This document shows, one piece after another, positions 49,655 through 57,916 of a stretch of DNA of 64,000 nt. This DNA comes from a virus, in IMG/VR virus record IMGVR_UViG_3300049811_000251, positions 24,360-88,359 of that record; one strand, 5' to 3'. Under the pieces are notes generated by a model. It made no database searches and had not been told where the DNA came from. It saw only the letters and a list, made by a program, of their open reading frames with translations. A program made the translations under genes and the position numbers. Each line of letters opens with the position of its first letter. Within the stretch, counting starts at the first letter, position 1.

Positions 49655-50616
49655 TAAAGACCGTCCTTACTAAAAAACGCAAGTTTCAATTCTTGGATAG
49701 CGTCAGGATTTTTAACGACTATCCACTGTCGAATTTTATTGAGTTTAGGTATAACCTCATTTACGAAATACTGCTCAACCGCTGGAGAGGTCAACTCACT
49801 TAAATAATATCCACTATTTAGTTTAATTTGTGACTTTTGCCATCTCCAGAAAACACCTTTGTCATAAGGAGCATAATTACTTTTAAGCATACCTTCATGC
49901 AGAAACACTCCCCAACCCATTACTTCAGAGTCAAGCTCAATAGGCCCTTTATTGTTCCTAAGAAAGATATTCAAACACGTTTTTCCTAAAAACGTGTGAG
50001 TGTCTAAGGCTGACGAGATAAGAAAATCGTCTAGAAAATAGTTATCAAGTCCAACCGATTGGATTGGAGATTCTTGATAATTGTCTTTCGTAAAGAAGAA
50101 GGGGCTACCAATTCCGAACTTGGAATGGTCCCACGAAAGACTTCTTTGAGCTAATTCGATAGTCCAATCGTAATTTAGCTCACCTATTCCGTAATCCCAT
50201 ATATCGTAGGCTAGTAAATCTCTAGAATCATACCTTTCTTTGAGATCAACTAAACTAGTATACTTAGTAGGGGAAAACGCAAACTTAACTCGTTCAGCGG
50301 TGATTCCGTACTTACTTAAAAGAATCTCAGAAATTACTTGAGAATCGTTAGTTTTTTGTCCCTCTGACATACTTACAATGAGAGGAATTAACTTACTGAA
50401 GTCTCTATAACCGTCTCTGTATAAGTAGAACAGTTTAAGAGCTTCAAAATTTCGTCCACAATCTTCGTATAAAATTGTCCAAAGTCTAGAGAAAAGTCTG
50501 TAATTATCCTGACTCCAGGCAACTCTAGCCCACTTTATAGCGTGATCGGTTAGACCACGCCTTACGCACTTTTGTAGTGCGGATACTCCAGTGTAATACA
50601 AATTCTTATTCATCAA
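49654..50616 (-). CDS. RarA/MgsA C-terminal-like helical protein
   Basis: SALQKCVRRG...A...A, RLWTILYED, ALDTHT..GK; no Walker A seen. Confidence 0.5.
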   Translation of the reverse strand: MMNKNLYYTGVSALQKCVRRGLTDHAIKWARVAWSQDNYRLFSRLWTILYEDCGRNFEALKLFYLYRDGYRDFSKLIPLIVSMSEGQKTNDSQVISEILLSKYGITAERVKFAFSPTKYTSLVDLKERYDSRDLLAYDIWDYGIGELNYDWTIELAQRSLSWDHSKFGIGSPFFFTKDNYQESPIQSVGLDNYFLDDFLISSALDTHTFLGKTCLNIFLRNNKGPIELDSEVMGWGVFLHEGMLKSNYAPYDKGVFWRWQKSQIKLNSGYYLSELTSPAVEQYFVNEVIPKLNKIRQWIVVKNPDAIQELKLAFFSKDGL

Positions 50617-50633
50617 ATCCTCCCAGTCCCACC

Positions 50634-50662
50634 ATTATACCAAGTATTTTCTAGAAAGTCAA
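50634..50662 (-). promoter_or_regulatory. Sigma70-type promoter heading the sugar-modification cluster
   Basis: TTGACT-N17-TATAAT with TG extended -10. Confidence 0.75.
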
Positions 50663-50665
50663 TTT

Positions 50666-51094
50666 CTAGATTATGTTTTTGGTAGGTAGGTACAGCGAAG
50701 ATTTTGGAGACTCGCTTGGACTTTCGGATAAACAAATTTCTTGCAATTCTTCCTTAAGCTTAAGTACATCAGACTCCTCTAAAGGCATCTTAGCGAGAAG
50801 AATTTTCAGAAGAAGTTTTGTTATTTCGAGTTCTCCCTTAAGCTCCACGAGTTTCTTGTAGAAAGAGTCAAATAACTCCGCTAATGAGTTAGGCTCGATT
50901 AAAGGTATTCCAATCGGTTGGACTGAGAATACCTTTAATGGAGGATTGTTAGCAGGAGCTTTTTGGTAAGCCTCTACTACTGCGTTAATTAAACCTAGGA
51001 CTTCTTTATCAGGCGTCGTGACCGTCGAATGGATGGGTATTGTCTTCATTATCGACTTTCTCATTCTTTTCTTGGGAATTGGCAAACGATTCAA
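50666..51094 (-). CDS. Hypothetical protein
   Basis: Operon-packed ORF. Confidence 0.55.
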   Translation of the reverse strand: MNRLPIPKKRMRKSIMKTIPIHSTVTTPDKEVLGLINAVVEAYQKAPANNPPLKVFSVQPIGIPLIEPNSLAELFDSFYKKLVELKGELEITKLLLKILLAKMPLEESDVLKLKEELQEICLSESPSESPKSSLYLPTKNII

Positions 51095-51305
51095 CTTGAG
51101 CTTTTATCTTTTCATAACTCTTAGTTAATTGTTCCAAGGCAGTCTTGTAGTCATTCTCTACTTTTTCTAACGCACAGCTCAAAACTTGTTGAAAGTAGTG
51201 ATTAGCCTTTTTCTTATCTTCTTCGTACTGAGTTTCTAGCTTTTTACAGCCAGCCTCGTAGTTTAGCTTAAGGTTTTTTAACTTAGTTTCAAACAAGGGA
51301 TTCAT
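51009..51305 (-). CDS. Hypothetical coiled-coil protein
   Basis: Operon-packed ORF, heptad-like. Confidence 0.55.
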   Translation of the reverse strand: MNPLFETKLKNLKLNYEAGCKKLETQYEEDKKKANHYFQQVLSCALEKVENDYKTALEQLTKSYEKIKAQVESFANSQEKNEKVDNEDNTHPFDGHDA

Positions 51306-51522
51306 TTACACACCTTCTTTCGAGTTTATTGAATTCGTCTAACTTCCTGTTGTAAATCTCCTCTCTATCTACCTGAGCACCTGCAAACACCTTGATTGCA
51401 AAGCTAGAATTTTTTCTAGCTTCCAGCTTAGCGTAGATTTTGAAAGTAATTGGATCATACACTACTAAGCCTTCGTGAGGCTTTCTATTTACTATCCACC
51501 AGCCAGCCATTGTATTGTCCAA
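51289..51522 (-). CDS. csrA: Divergent CsrA/RsmA-like RNA-binding protein
   Basis: WIVNRKPHEGLVV...AIKVFAGAQVDREEIYNR parallels CsrA LILTRRVGETLMI...[20 protein letters not shown]. Confidence 0.6.
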   Translation of the reverse strand: MDNTMAGWWIVNRKPHEGLVVYDPITFKIYAKLEARKNSSFAIKVFAGAQVDREEIYNRKLDEFNKLERRCVNESLV

Positions 51523-51993
51523 TCAGTTGGAGAATTCTTCTAAACACTCCGTAACATTGGGCAACACCTTAGTAAGGTCAACCCCTTGCTCCGCAAATTT
51601 GTTACAAGCTTCGATATACTTAGTGCGAAGTTGGGCAACACTAAGTCGTAAAATCTCGTTAGCTTCAACATACTTACCACTAGGGTCATTAGTATGTTTC
51701 TTAATCATGCTTTCCAGCAATTCGACTTGCTGTTTGAAGTGTCTCAGTCTATTGTTGAGAGACGCAAGCGTATCACCCTTAACCTTATCCATAGTAGGGT
51801 GAACGGATTTGAGAGCCTCTTTCCTCTTTTTCACTTCCGACATGGCTACCATAACGCCAATGATATAATCCTCCAAAGTAGGATGAATCCTAATAGCCAA
51901 ATCAGCTTCCAGTTTCATTTCCTTATCTTTGAACTTTTCCAGCATTTCTTTAAGAGTGGCCGGATCAGTAGGAAGCTCGGTAAACTTAGCCAT
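51523..51993 (-). CDS. Hypothetical coiled-coil protein
   Basis: GGAG RBS, operon-packed. Confidence 0.6.
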   Translation of the reverse strand: MAKFTELPTDPATLKEMLEKFKDKEMKLEADLAIRIHPTLEDYIIGVMVAMSEVKKRKEALKSVHPTMDKVKGDTLASLNNRLRHFKQQVELLESMIKKHTNDPSGKYVEANEILRLSVAQLRTKYIEACNKFAEQGVDLTKVLPNVTECLEEFSN

Positions 51994-52004
51994 TTGATTA
52001 CCTC

Positions 52005-52622
52005 CTAAAAAGGAATAATGCTGCTAGTAGTGGAGAGCGATTTAGCTACGGATTCTTGAGGAGTTTCAAAACTTGTTCCCTTGAGCAAATGCTTAAGGTT
52101 AGTCAAAACAAATTTCTTATATCCTCTAAGAACACCAGCCTGCTTATCAGTAATATAACCTTTCCTATCGTACCATTGTACGATACTCTCTACAATGTCT
52201 TTTGAAGGCTTAGTTGCAGCCCTAGCTGCATTAACCTTGGGCAGCAACTGCTTTACAGTGGAAACAAGTTCCACGAAATCCTCTTTAACCGAAGGATCGG
52301 CTTTCTTAGCAGTTTGCAAATCTTCCTTGGTAATCCAACCTTTCCCTATCTCTATGCCACCTAACGTAATTGCAGGGTCAGGCTTTGGAGGTACAACAAA
52401 GACGCCCCTATCTTTCAAAGCCTGGGCAGCACCACAGTTTGTACAAACTTCCAACCTTTCAATGCCTCTCGAACCCCGTACCTCTAAGATAACCCCCGGA
52501 GTTTCAGAAGGCTGCTGACAGAACACACAAATCTCAATGTTTACAGGCTGACTGTAAATCATTGGAGAGTATTCTTTTTTAGATAACTCCAAGACAGCAT
52601 CTTCATCATACATTGTGACCAC
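52005..52622 (-). CDS. Hypothetical protein with CxxC...CxxC zinc finger
   Basis: CVFC ... CTNC. Confidence 0.55.
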   Translation of the reverse strand: MVTMYDEDAVLELSKKEYSPMIYSQPVNIEICVFCQQPSETPGVILEVRGSRGIERLEVCTNCGAAQALKDRGVFVVPPKPDPAITLGGIEIGKGWITKEDLQTAKKADPSVKEDFVELVSTVKQLLPKVNAARAATKPSKDIVESIVQWYDRKGYITDKQAGVLRGYKKFVLTNLKHLLKGTSFETPQESVAKSLSTTSSIIPF

Positions 52623-53033
52623 CTATGCTAAGTGGACTTGTGCTTCATCCAAACTTCTAATAATGACGGGGATGTTCCACTCCATCCATGCGTAATCATC
52701 GCTAAATTTCTTAACGATTTTGTTGTACGCAACGGGATTCTTCCTAGCATCCCATTTCAACACTTTGTACGAAGTAGATAGGTTGACCAAACTTCTGTAA
52801 GCTGCAAAGTTTGTTTGCATCTTGTCAAAGTAGTCTTCCCCATCCACTATGATACCGTAAGGATTTAAGTCATCTCTGTAAAAGATGACACTATGTTCCT
52901 TAAAAAAGGTCTCCACTTTTTTAGGTAATGGACCCAGAGGGCCTAACTTAAACGGATTTTCAGGTAATAACAGCTTTCGCAGATTACCTGATAAAGGTTG
53001 TAAGGAGTACAACCTTGCTACTATTTTTCCCAT
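52623..53033 (-). CDS. Hypothetical protein
   Basis: Operon-packed ORF. Confidence 0.55.
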   Translation of the reverse strand: MGKIVARLYSLQPLSGNLRKLLLPENPFKLGPLGPLPKKVETFFKEHSVIFYRDDLNPYGIIVDGEDYFDKMQTNFAAYRSLVNLSTSYKVLKWDARKNPVAYNKIVKKFSDDYAWMEWNIPVIIRSLDEAQVHLA

Positions 53034-53416
53034 TCAAACAACGCCTTTGCAACAAGCGTTCCGGTTCTAGTGTAAGCCACCAGCTTAACAGCCGACAGCT
53101 TCATCTTAGATTCGTCCTTAAAGAGGACGTAGAGCTTTCGGTGGTCCTCTTTAGAAATAAGAACCACTGGAGCTTTCGGATTCTGGCTAAGATACCAGCC
53201 CGTGCATTCTTCGTCGATAGCCATTCTGACGAAGAGCACCGGCTCATCAGGAGGACCGTCGGCTTCAATAGGAACGTATCCCCAATCCTTAGCGTAGATA
53301 ACGTCTCCAACCTGAGGAGGGTTATCCCGAAGATCGTAAAACTTATCCATGTCTTGAAAAATCACGTTAGACATACTAAGTCCCTTCCGAGTAAGATTTA
53401 GACTCGATACTAACAC
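53021..53416 (-). CDS. Hypothetical protein (GC-rich; start probably MSNVIF)
   Basis: GGAAGG RBS before an internal ATG; codon bias. Confidence 0.55.
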   Translation of the reverse strand: MLVSSLNLTRKGLSMSNVIFQDMDKFYDLRDNPPQVGDVIYAKDWGYVPIEADGPPDEPVLFVRMAIDEECTGWYLSQNPKAPVVLISKEDHRKLYVLFKDESKMKLSAVKLVAYTRTGTLVAKALFEWEK

Positions 53417-53756
53417 CGTTGAACATTAAGTCTAGTTGTTTCTTGAGAGCGGACCTTTGATCGTTGTACGAGATTATATCCTTCGACAACTCTGCATACT
53501 GATTATCGTACACAGCTTGACGAATTAAGTCTTCCGTACGCCATAACGTAGCATTAACTTCGTACAGGCGAGACTTAAGGATTAAGTACTGATCGAAGTT
53601 TGCAGGAGACAAGTTTTCCACCGCCTCCTTTTCCGCAGCTAAGCATTCTTGATAATGCCTAGTTCTGTTAATCTTTGAATCGTTTTTTATCTTCAGTTCG
53701 AGAATAACGATCCGGTCGATCAGCTCACCGAATCCAATCTCGATTTCAATTTTCAT
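53376..53756 (-). CDS. DUF6165-like protein
   Basis: GELIDRIVILELK...LYEVNATLWRTED...YNDQRSALK. Confidence 0.65.
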   Translation of the reverse strand: MKIEIEIGFGELIDRIVILELKIKNDSKINRTRHYQECLAAEKEAVENLSPANFDQYLILKSRLYEVNATLWRTEDLIRQAVYDNQYAELSKDIISYNDQRSALKKQLDLMFNGVSIESKSYSEGT

Positions 53757-54232
53757 TTAACTATTCCCGCTGGAAGTTCGATGCAAAAATCCAAGTGATT
53801 GGAGTTTGCTAGAGTCTTTAGCTGTTCGTACAATTCCTTAATAGCAACCTCCAAGGTCTTCATTTCATTTTTCAGAGAAAGCGTGAAAGCTTTGTCTTTG
53901 TCAGTCATCTTGTACACTTTTCGTTTCATAATCTCCACGTTTTTGTGGAGTAGTGTACTTCTAGCGATTCGATACTTGTTTGATAACTCTTTGAGTTTCG
54001 TTTTAAGTGCCACGAACTCAGAGTTATCAAGCAACGCCAAGGCAGCTTCCAGTTGCTTGATTTTTTCTTTGGTTGTTAGCAACCTCTCAAAGAGTACATC
54101 GTCACTAAACTTGTTTAAGACACCAACCCTTTCAAGTGTAGAGTAGTGTCTGTGTTCTTTTTCTACCCGCTTACCATGCCAGTTGATTCTATCTTCAAGA
54201 GACCACTCATCCCAATTCCTAGGCAACTTCAT
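53753..54232 (-). CDS. Hypothetical coiled-coil protein
   Basis: Operon-packed ORF. Confidence 0.55.
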   Translation of the reverse strand: MKLPRNWDEWSLEDRINWHGKRVEKEHRHYSTLERVGVLNKFSDDVLFERLLTTKEKIKQLEAALALLDNSEFVALKTKLKELSNKYRIARSTLLHKNVEIMKRKVYKMTDKDKAFTLSLKNEMKTLEVAIKELYEQLKTLANSNHLDFCIELPAGIVK

Positions 54233-54259
54233 GTCTTCAATCCTTGTTAGATTGAACGT

Positions 54260-54826
54260 TTATCCAATCGCTTGGAGAGCCATTAAGACGGCACGCATCT
54301 TAAGGACTCCATTCAGTGCTGTATGTACCTTTTCAGGTTCTATCCCAAAAGTCTTACAAGCTGTTTCTAATGAGTAGGAGTGTATTTGCCACCCCCTACT
54401 TGCCGCTGTATGATAAAATACACCAGCGGCATCTATCGGAGGACGCTTGAAGATAAAAGGCTCTCTTATCCTCAAGCACTCATTAGACATGCAACTAATA
54501 TCAAAAGACACGTTCCACCCGACAAGCCGAATTTTACCATAATCACTTAGTTTGTACAATAGGGGTACTACATTTTTCCAAGGTTCAGCACTTTCCACAG
54601 TTTCCGCAGTTATACCGTTTAACTGCTCTGTGAAATGCGTGATACCCGACAAATCGTCGGGTTTAACATACCTCTCAAGTGTATCTAAGACTTCCATAGT
54701 CTTAGAACGCACTTTTATCGCACCTATTTGAAGGATTCTTGGAAAAGAACCCTTTGCTGCTTCTTCATAAATATCTGTGGTTTCTGTATCAACTAAAACT
54801 ACCGTATCTTCGTTGAATATGTTCAT
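54260..54826 (-). CDS. DEDDh (DnaQ-like) 3'-5' exonuclease
   Basis: LVDTETT, QIGAI, GWNVSFD, HTALNG. Confidence 0.85.
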   Translation of the reverse strand: MNIFNEDTVVLVDTETTDIYEEAAKGSFPRILQIGAIKVRSKTMEVLDTLERYVKPDDLSGITHFTEQLNGITAETVESAEPWKNVVPLLYKLSDYGKIRLVGWNVSFDISCMSNECLRIREPFIFKRPPIDAAGVFYHTAASRGWQIHSYSLETACKTFGIEPEKVHTALNGVLKMRAVLMALQAIG

Positions 54827-55044
54827 CGTTTCCTTTTATACGCAATGAATGCCAGACGAACTTCTTCTTCGTTAGTCGGATCAAGCATGACTAACTCAGG
54901 AGCAGTCTTATGACTAAACTCCATAAGACCCATTCTAGGAACCGTGTACTTCTCCGCACATTCAACACAATACTTAGTGGAGGGCAGAATTTCCAAACGT
55001 TCTTCGGGAATCACCACCCCGCAATCATTACAGAGCTTGCACAC
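54823..55044 (-). CDS. DksA/TraR C4-type zinc-finger protein
   Basis: CNDCGVVIPEERLEILPSTKYCVEC. Confidence 0.85.
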   Translation of the reverse strand: MCKLCNDCGVVIPEERLEILPSTKYCVECAEKYTVPRMGLMEFSHKTAPELVMLDPTNEEEVRLAFIAYKRKR

Positions 55045-55089
55045 TCTTTTGATACTCCATGTTAGAGTAAATGATCGTCGATACCGGCA

Positions 55090-55118
55090 ATTATACCGAG
55101 TTTCTCCATAAAAGTCAA
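55090..55118 (-). promoter_or_regulatory. Sigma70-type promoter
   Basis: TTGACT-N17-TATAAT. Confidence 0.7.
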
Positions 55119-55177
55119 ATAAAAATTCTCGGCATACGTTGCCGAGAATAAGAGAAATCCTTTTCTCAAGGTTGAAC

Positions 55178-55426
55178 TTAGTCTTTGTTCAACAGGTCAA
55201 TGATCTTGTTAAGAACAAAGTCAATGATCTCCATAACAAGCTTGAAAATCTCAGACCAATCAGCCGATCCTTGAAGATTTTCAAGCACCTTTTCCTTAAG
55301 AGCAGCAGTATCGTCACCGTCTTCATAAAGCTCGACAGCAGAGCGAAGAATCGCCAAACGAGCCTTACGACGAGCCTTACGGCGTTCGAGAATAGAGGCC
55401 ATTCTATAACTCCTTGATACTTCCAA
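55178..55426 (-). CDS. Small protein with Arg-rich N-terminus and amphipathic C-terminal helix
   Basis: RRKARRKARLA...DWSEIFKLVMEIIDFVLNKIIDLL; AAGGAG RBS. Confidence 0.65.
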   Translation of the reverse strand: MEVSRSYRMASILERRKARRKARLAILRSAVELYEDGDDTAALKEKVLENLQGSADWSEIFKLVMEIIDFVLNKIIDLLNKD

Positions 55427-55439
55427 CCGATTGGACTAC

Positions 55440-55967
55440 CTATCTACGTCGATAGGTACGACTAGGAGTGGGGCACCTACCTCCTGGACAATTACTTCTA
55501 TAAGTAATTGTCGGAAGAGTTTGCACCACTACTGGAGTAGTTACTGAAGACGCAACTACTTTAACAGTTGAAGGCTTGAGATCAGACGCAGAGAAAGTTC
55601 CTTCGTGGTTAGCGTTGTGAATAGCTTCCAAGAAAGACTTATCTAAGGTCTGAAGTATAGCTCTGTCGAAGTAATGAGGAGCACCGGCTAAGTGGTTAAT
55701 CAAGTATTCTCTAGATACTTGACTAGGGCTAATGCCGTTTATAGTCCATCTAGACCTAAAAGAAGGCTTAGTAAGAACTACAGACTTAGCTGTAGGTGCT
55801 GGAGACGCAGCGACTACCGTCTTAGCTACGACTGGCTTGGCTGCAACTGGTTTAGAAGAATCTTGAAAAACTGAAATAGCGGCATAGCTATCCAGTTCAT
55901 CCCGATCCTCAAAAATTGCTATAGGATCAGAACCTACAGCAACAACTGACAACAGTAAAGCTATCAC
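55440..55967 (-). CDS. Exported protein with C-terminal CPGGRCP motif
   Basis: Signal-peptide-like N-terminus; ends SNCPGGRCPTPSRTYRRR. Confidence 0.65.
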   Translation of the reverse strand: MIALLLSVVAVGSDPIAIFEDRDELDSYAAISVFQDSSKPVAAKPVVAKTVVAASPAPTAKSVVLTKPSFRSRWTINGISPSQVSREYLINHLAGAPHYFDRAILQTLDKSFLEAIHNANHEGTFSASDLKPSTVKVVASSVTTPVVVQTLPTITYRSNCPGGRCPTPSRTYRRR

Positions 55968-56884
55968 AGCAATACCTGTTCACTTAAGGGAGTTAGACCG
56001 TTAAGCCCTACTAAGGCATAAGTAGCCCGCTGCTTAACGATTGCGTTACAAGCATCTTCGTCTAACCAAACCGAACCTTCTGGCATATCATCAGGATACT
56101 TACCGCCAGTTCCCCACTGCGGTCCCCATGAGTTTACATACAAAAGACCGAATGGATTGTACCTCACTGCTAAAAAGCAAGTACAGTGACCCCCTCCTGA
56201 GCGTAGGGAACTGAAGCCTTTAGCATTTCGTTTTCCAGTAGGAATCAAGTTGCAACAATTAGCTACTGGAATACCGTTTTCAATAGCTTTTCCTACAGCC
56301 CTGGCACTAGAGATCAAGGGAGTCTCTGTAACAGGGCGAACCTTAGCAAGTTTTTCTTTATCCGTCGGAACACCCTTAGGACTACGAGTCCAATTGATTG
56401 CATTAACCTCGTCTTTCGTATAATCCGTATCAGCTAAACCCTGTTCAGATTGAACCATTACCCCCCAATTAGTCAACCACTTGTTAGCCCAGACACCCGT
56501 ACTACCGTCCCACTTACCAGGACGATTAGCCACGTCAACTCGACTACCAGCATAGATAGAGCTTACAGCCGCGTGTCCAGGACACTTACCTAATCCCAAT
56601 ACTTCGTTAATACACATGAGAACAGTGGCAGCTTTAGCGTAACCTTGACCTACGCAAGTACCTCTACGTTGATAGTTAGGCCACCACTTACCAAACTTTT
56701 GAACGAAAAACCTGTAAAGAAACGTTTCTTTATCAGGCATATCCATTAAATACCAAGCCGCTGATTCAAACAGCGGCATCTGAGAAGCGGCTAAGAAGGC
56801 AGGCTGCTCTACTTTTTCCAGAGCAGAATCCCAACCCTTTACCTCATTATCGTAATACTGATCCATTACTGATTTACGAGGCAT
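55964..56884 (-). CDS. Papain-like (C1A) cysteine peptidase, candidate endolysin
   Basis: Q..GTCVG (Gln/Cys), GGHC (His), VNSWG..WG (Asn) catalytic set. Confidence 0.85.
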   Translation of the reverse strand: MPRKSVMDQYYDNEVKGWDSALEKVEQPAFLAASQMPLFESAAWYLMDMPDKETFLYRFFVQKFGKWWPNYQRRGTCVGQGYAKAATVLMCINEVLGLGKCPGHAAVSSIYAGSRVDVANRPGKWDGSTGVWANKWLTNWGVMVQSEQGLADTDYTKDEVNAINWTRSPKGVPTDKEKLAKVRPVTETPLISSARAVGKAIENGIPVANCCNLIPTGKRNAKGFSSLRSGGGHCTCFLAVRYNPFGLLYVNSWGPQWGTGGKYPDDMPEGSVWLDEDACNAIVKQRATYALVGLNGLTPLSEQVLL

Positions 56885-56921
56885 GTCTTAACCGCACTTT
56901 CGAGAAAAGGAACAGAATCGT

Positions 56922-57626
56922 TTACTTAGAGAGTCCGTCAGCTATAGCAATGTAGGCTTCGGCCCATTGCTTAGCAGTAGCTAATTTTCCATTAGCTACA
57001 AGAGTCTTCAACTCTTCGGCTAATTGAGTACGCACTGGACCCCAAGCTAAGTAGGAGTCCAAGCCTACGGCTTTCCGCGACTCCTCAACAATAGCTTTAG
57101 CAAACTCGTCTAGACTTGTGAAAGTCTCAGACATAGCCGCCGCGTTTCTGTAAACAAGGGCCAGAGCTTGAGCTTCCTGGGCCGGACGACCGCTAGCCTT
57201 AAAAGCCTCAGAAGCTTTCTTGGTCAAAGAGTCCAATTGATTGGAGGGAACTACCGGAGTCACCGGAGTCACCGGAGTCACCGGAGTCACCGGAGTCACC
57301 GGACCAATGACTACTTCTTGATACTCCGTAACAATTTCCCTCTTCTCGAAATCAGTCCAACTAACGTCGATTGAATAAGTACCAGGAGCACCTATAACGA
57401 CGAACTTTTTCAGTTCGTCGTTACTCTCTAACTGATAAACTTTAACCCCCTTTCGGGGGTAAACTAAAACCGTTACGCCTTGCTTAGGCAGCTTTTTCGC
57501 ATCCAGTCCTGAAGTAGGAACTGAAATTTCAGCTACCGGAAGGTCTGAATCTACTTTCACAGTAAATTCAGCGTTTACTGTGCTCGCTAATAACGCAAGC
57601 AACCCAAGAACCCAGAATTTTCGCAT
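56922..57626 (-). CDS. Exported protein with PVT-repeat linker
   Basis: Signal peptide MRKFWVLGLLALLASTVNA; Ig-like N-part, (PVT)5 linker, helical C-part. Confidence 0.7.
   Translation of the reverse strand: MRKFWVLGLLALLASTVNAEFTVKVDSDLPVAEISVPTSGLDAKKLPKQGVTVLVYPRKGVKVYQLESNDELKKFVVIGAPGTYSIDVSWTDFEKREIVTEYQEVVIGPVTPVTPVTPVTPVTPVVPSNQLDSLTKKASEAFKASGRPAQEAQALALVYRNAAAMSETFTSLDEFAKAIVEESRKAVGLDSYLAWGPVRTQLAEELKTLVANGKLATAKQWAEAYIAIADGLSK
57253..57303. repeat. Perfect 9-bp tandem repeat ACCGGAGTC x5.7
   Basis: Direct reading; encodes PVT repeats on the minus strand. Confidence 0.95.
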
Positions 57627-57630
57627 CTCA

Positions 57631-57852
57631 TTAGTCCTTTTTATCTAGAGACTTCATCTTCAAAACCGTTCTACTGGCTTGATAGCCGAGTACAGATAAT
57701 ACGGCAAGAGTAGCACTTAAAATCTTAGTTACAATGGTAACGTCATCAAAAATACCTGCTGCAATAACGGCTGAAACTACTGTTCCAGCCAGGGTAAGCC
57801 AAAACTCCGAAGTCTTCCAACCGGGAGTGTGAGGATTCATTTTTAACTCCAA
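57631..57852 (-). CDS. Holin
   Basis: GWKTSEFWLTL plus two TM helices and a basic C-terminus. Confidence 0.75.
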   Translation of the reverse strand: MELKMNPHTPGWKTSEFWLTLAGTVVSAVIAAGIFDDVTIVTKILSATLAVLSVLGYQASRTVLKMKSLDKKD

Positions 57853-57887
57853 TTGATTGGAGAGGCTTACTTACTTCAAACTCTTTA

Positions 57888-57916
57888 ATTATACCAAGTA
57901 TCTACAAACTTGTCAA
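57888..57916 (-). promoter_or_regulatory. Perfect consensus sigma70 promoter for the lysis cassette
   Basis: TTGACA-N17-TATAAT with TG extended -10. Confidence 0.85.
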
